A stretch of 51,831 nucleotides of DNA, filler included, from Jimgerdemannia flammicorona (Eukaryota): the NCBI GenBank assembly GCA_003990765.1. It is 2 parts of 2 records of this genome, joined end to end, with 100 filler letters (N's around TTAATTAATTAA, not from the genome) between each part and the next. Parts side by side here need not be neighbours in the genome. Positions count along the whole stretch, not along the records: positions 25,969 to 51,831 come from RBNJ01000781.1; 1 more part is not named here. One strand, written 5' to 3'. The notes beneath the pieces were generated by a model. It had not been told where the DNA came from. It worked only from the letters and a program-made list of their open reading frames with translations, and searched no databases. Shown here in pieces: positions 48,442 to 51,831 of this stretch. Every line of letters starts with the position of its first letter. Position 1 is the stretch's first letter. The position numbers were made by a program, and so were the translations under genes.

Positions 48442-48837
48442 TGTAATGTAGTAGATGCTAAGATGGGCAAGTATGTCAGATTTCTTTATCTTGAATTCTT
48501 ATCTTCTTGACTCCCAGAGTCAGTAGTTCCTTGAGGCCAAATATATTTAAGAGGTAATCCCAAAGGTCTTTTTATCAGTATACTTGTTCTTTTTCTAACA
48601 CTTTCGATCTGAGGTTTATTCACTCAGATACTGGGTTATTTATACAAGTTTGCTAGCTATAAGATGGCTACTGAGTTATGTGGCTAAGTTACATATGAGT
48701 CATTTAGACAATGTCTAGAAATTTAGACAATGTCAAAATTGGCAACTACTAACTATAAAGCTATACTACTTTGGAAATGGGTGCGATCAAGTATCTATTC
48801 CCTATTTTCTTCTTCCTAATTCGGCTATACTATCACA
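48442..48837 (-). repeat. Element E 5' LTR (396 bp)
   Basis: TGTGA...TTACA on -; adjacent PBS. Confidence 0.96.
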
Positions 48838-50439
48838 CTATATTTGAGAATTAGATTTAGGTATTGTAATTAAATATCTATTTCTTATTTCTATTTTATA
48901 CTATATATTATATTATATATAACTTGCTCTTTAACTTTACTTCTGAGATTTTAGTAAGAGTACAGTATTTTATATATCTCTGGATATTTCCAAAAAATTA
49001 TTAAGTATAAAAAATTTAGAAAAATCATAAAATCCACTCTTTGCTAATATTGCTATATACTTAATTCTCATCCAAACACTCCCTTCTTACTTATTATATC
49101 TCCTTTTCTCTGCTCTCTAATATTTGATACAATCCTTGCAAATCTCATTGATATAGTAGTAAAGTTCTTTACTATAGAGACTCCTTACTACTATTATAAC
49201 TATCTTTCTATATTTATTAATGATAATATAGTTCTTTTCATTATTGAAGACTTCTACTAGCCAATGTATTTCTTAATTAAGAATAATTAGTTTTGACTTA
49301 AATATTGACCCCCAGATCTTAATAGTCAAGCTGATATTACTTATACTTAATAACTTATTTTTAAACTTCTTTAATTCATCAGAAGCTAGATATGATCAAA
49401 CTTGAATTACTTTGAATTTTCCCCTATAGTAGAACTGAGTCTTGGAGGATAGATTGTAGTTTGAGTTATAAGTTATATCCCTTTGTCTGTAGATAAGATC
49501 ATCTTTTAAAATCATTTAGCAGACAAATTAAAGTTTGAAAAAAATGATTTTTGAAACATTGTTTTTCTGTTAAAAATATATCTCAATTTGTTTAAAAACA
49601 AAAAAAAAATTTTTTGTAAAATTTTTACCAAAGGTAGAATCATTATATAAAAAATTATTGGTAAATTTTTTTTTAAAAGCTATTATGATTTTAAAAGTTA
49701 TAAACTTTTAAAATCTTGCCTCTAAATATAGGTACAAAACAGTCAAAGGGATAAGAATACTTATGAAGACTTACTTTTATTTCTTTTGAGACCTCTACCA
49801 TATATGTAATATACTGACTCAATAGCTCAGTCACTAAAGATATATCTTAAATTATTCTTCAGTCTTTCTTTATCTCAATCAGATATTGTAAATAAAATTG
49901 GCAGATTTTACTATAGAGTTATAGACCCTAAGAAAGAAAGAAAAAAAAAAAAAAAAAAAAAAAAAAATCAGCTTGAAGTGAAATTGGTCATCTTGTAATA
50001 AAAATATATTATATAATTGCAACCTATATCTACTATCAGCAGCTCTACAAAGACTGTTACTCATATATATATATAAGTTTGATAAATTCTAGGGTCTAAA
50101 AGATCTTTATAATTTTTTACTAGAACTTCTCTCTACTATTATTACCATTATTACTATTATTACTATTATCACTATTATTACTATCATCATTGTCATTACT
50201 ATCTTTAATAAGTAGCTTACATACTATCTATATGAGAAAGAATTTAACATTATTAGCTAAAATTGCTTTTTTATCTCAAATATTCTCTCTTTTGACAATT
50301 ATTAAATAAGATAGAATAGGATAAAATATAATATATAGAAGATTAAGTATCACTATTTATTTATTTATAGACCCACTAGTAGATAATATAGAATATATAA
50401 GGTGAAATAATTAATATAAGTAAATTAATTAATTACTCT

Positions 50440-51580
50440 ACTAATTGATTAGATAGATAGAATGAGTAGTATAGTATTAAATGAGTAATATAATGAGATG
50501 AGATGAGGTTATATCAAATTTAAAAGAATTGAAAGATACTAGATTGAGTAATAAAGAGTGCTGAAATGAGTAGTAGAGGATACTGAAATGAGTAGTGATC
50601 TCTCTCTTCTTAAAAGAAGTATCAGAAAGACAAGAAGACTAGATGAGATTTTGAACTATATAATGAGAAGAATTCTAAAAGCTCTAAACTTTCTGTTTCT
50701 TTTTTTTTTCTTCTTTACTGATAGAATGAGTAGTAGAACAAGTAATGAGTTGAGATATATTGGAATGAGTAATAAATCAAGATATAGAGAAGTAAGTAAT
50801 AAGTTAAGATAATATTGAATAGCTGGAATAAGTGGTGAAAGGTACTAGAATAAGTGGTGGAAGATACCAAAATGAGTAGTAGAGAGTATATCAAGCATCA
50901 GACCCCTCTCTAAAAAAAGAACTTCAGATGATAGGAAGATTAAGTGAGATTTCAGACTATATAATAAGAAGAATTCTAAAAGCTCCAAATATTCTGTTTT
51001 ATTTTTTTTTCTTTTCTTCTCTATTAACTGGAATGAGTAGTGAGATATATTGAAATGAGTAATGAGTCAAAATATATTAAAATAAGTGATGAATTAAGAT
51101 ATATTGGAATAAGTAATAAATCAAGATATAGAGGAGTGAGTAGTAAGTTGAGATAATATCAAATCTCTGGAATAAGTAATAAAAGATACTAGAATAAGTA
51201 GTAGAAGATACTAGAATAAGTGATAGAGAGTATATCAAGCATTAGACCTCTTTCAAAAAAGAAGCTTTAGAAGGTAGAAAAGTAGAGTGAGTTTTTAGAC
51301 TATATAATAAGAACAATTCTAAAAACTCCAAATCTTTTATTTTTTATTTTTTTTTCTTCTCTACTAACTGAAATGAGTAGTATGATATATTAGAATAAGT
51401 GATAAGTTGAAATAAGTAATAAGTTGAGATATATTAGATTAAGTGATAAGTTAAGATATATTAGATTAATAATAAGTTAAGATAATGTCAAATGGCTGGA
51501 GTGAGTAGTAGAGAGTATGAGAATGAGTAATATATCAAGCAACAGTCTCTCTGAGAAGGAGAGAGAGTATGGTATTTTAA
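50440..51580. repeat. Higher-order tandem repeat (~300-345-bp units built of ~21-25-bp GAATRAGTARTRA subunits)
   Basis: GACTATATAATAAGAA.AATTCTAAAA.CTC.AAA plus T-tract landmark recurs near 50655, 50956 and 51298. Confidence 0.85.
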
Positions 51581-51799
51581 TAAAAGTAATAGATATAAAG
51601 TAATATATAGATACAAAGATAATAGATATAAAGATAGTAGATATAAAGGTAATAGATATAAAAGTGGTATATCAAATATATTCAAATATTTTCAAATATA
51701 TATAAAAAAAGAAATAATATTATTAAAGACTCAAATTCTAAAGATTTAAATTAATCTGAATTGATCCAGATTGAATTATAAGATAAATCTGATTCAAAT

Positions 51800-51831
<32 letters not shown>

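Larger units (their letters stand above)
42280..48837 (-). mobile_element. Element E: full-length non-chromodomain Ty3/Gypsy, Gag-PR-dUTPase-RT-RH-INT plus accessory ORF
   Basis: LTR pair; TTAT/CTAT flanks; PBS TGGTGCCCATTGGCTGGT (48421-48438); PPT AGGAGGAAGT (42735-42744). Confidence 0.97.
41945..48917 (-). mobile_element. Old solo LTR related to the E LTR, split by E (41945-42279 plus 48838-~48917)
   Basis: tataatatagcagata matches tgtaatgtagcagatg; shared ttttgatctgaggtttattcact...gctataagatggct; right piece resembles the E LTR end. Confidence 0.75.

Noticed and set aside
49300..49330. *PPDLN resembling the Tc1 WPxxSPDLNPIE motif
   Set aside because: Partial match with wrong spacing and no other DDE motifs nearby.
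51750..51800. GATCCAGATTGAAT-type repeats resembling the MITE subterminus
   Set aside because: Too short and degenerate, and cut by the window end.

Overview
Eukaryotic, probably fungal (inference), heterochromatic transposon graveyard with no recognisable intact host gene. There is one artificial scaffold join at 25869-25968. All coding sequences are pseudogenised, mostly by C->T/G->A transitions. Contents: five Ty3/Gypsy LTR retrotransposons, labelled A-E. A (485-9629, -), C (13350-25706, -) and E (42280-48837, -) are a non-chromodomain lineage with a PR-dUTPase-RT order and apparent 4-bp TSDs. B (9630-12716, +) and D (17299-23300, +) are chromodomain elements; D has a dUTPase between Gag and protease and a 5-bp TSD. 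There are also two L1/Tx1-like LINE copies, a poly(A)-tailed retroposon, a hAT transposase remnant, a hAT-type foldback MITE, an old solo LTR and several tandem arrays. Insertions are nested: A in B, D in C, MITE in LINE-1, LINE-2 and the retroposon in the hAT remnant, E in the solo LTR. Most interesting observations: (1) a conserved HTH-like accessory ORF shared by A, C and E, post-integrase in A and E but inside U3 of both LTRs of C, with 19-bp GACA/TGTC palindrome arrays in the A and E promoters; (2) about nine PBS-complementary, tRNA-3'-end-like repeats in the long U5 of A; (3) a conserved GRCPH..CYxC motif before the dUTPase; (4) dUTPases in two different polyprotein positions. All alignments and translations were done by eye; no database search was run.
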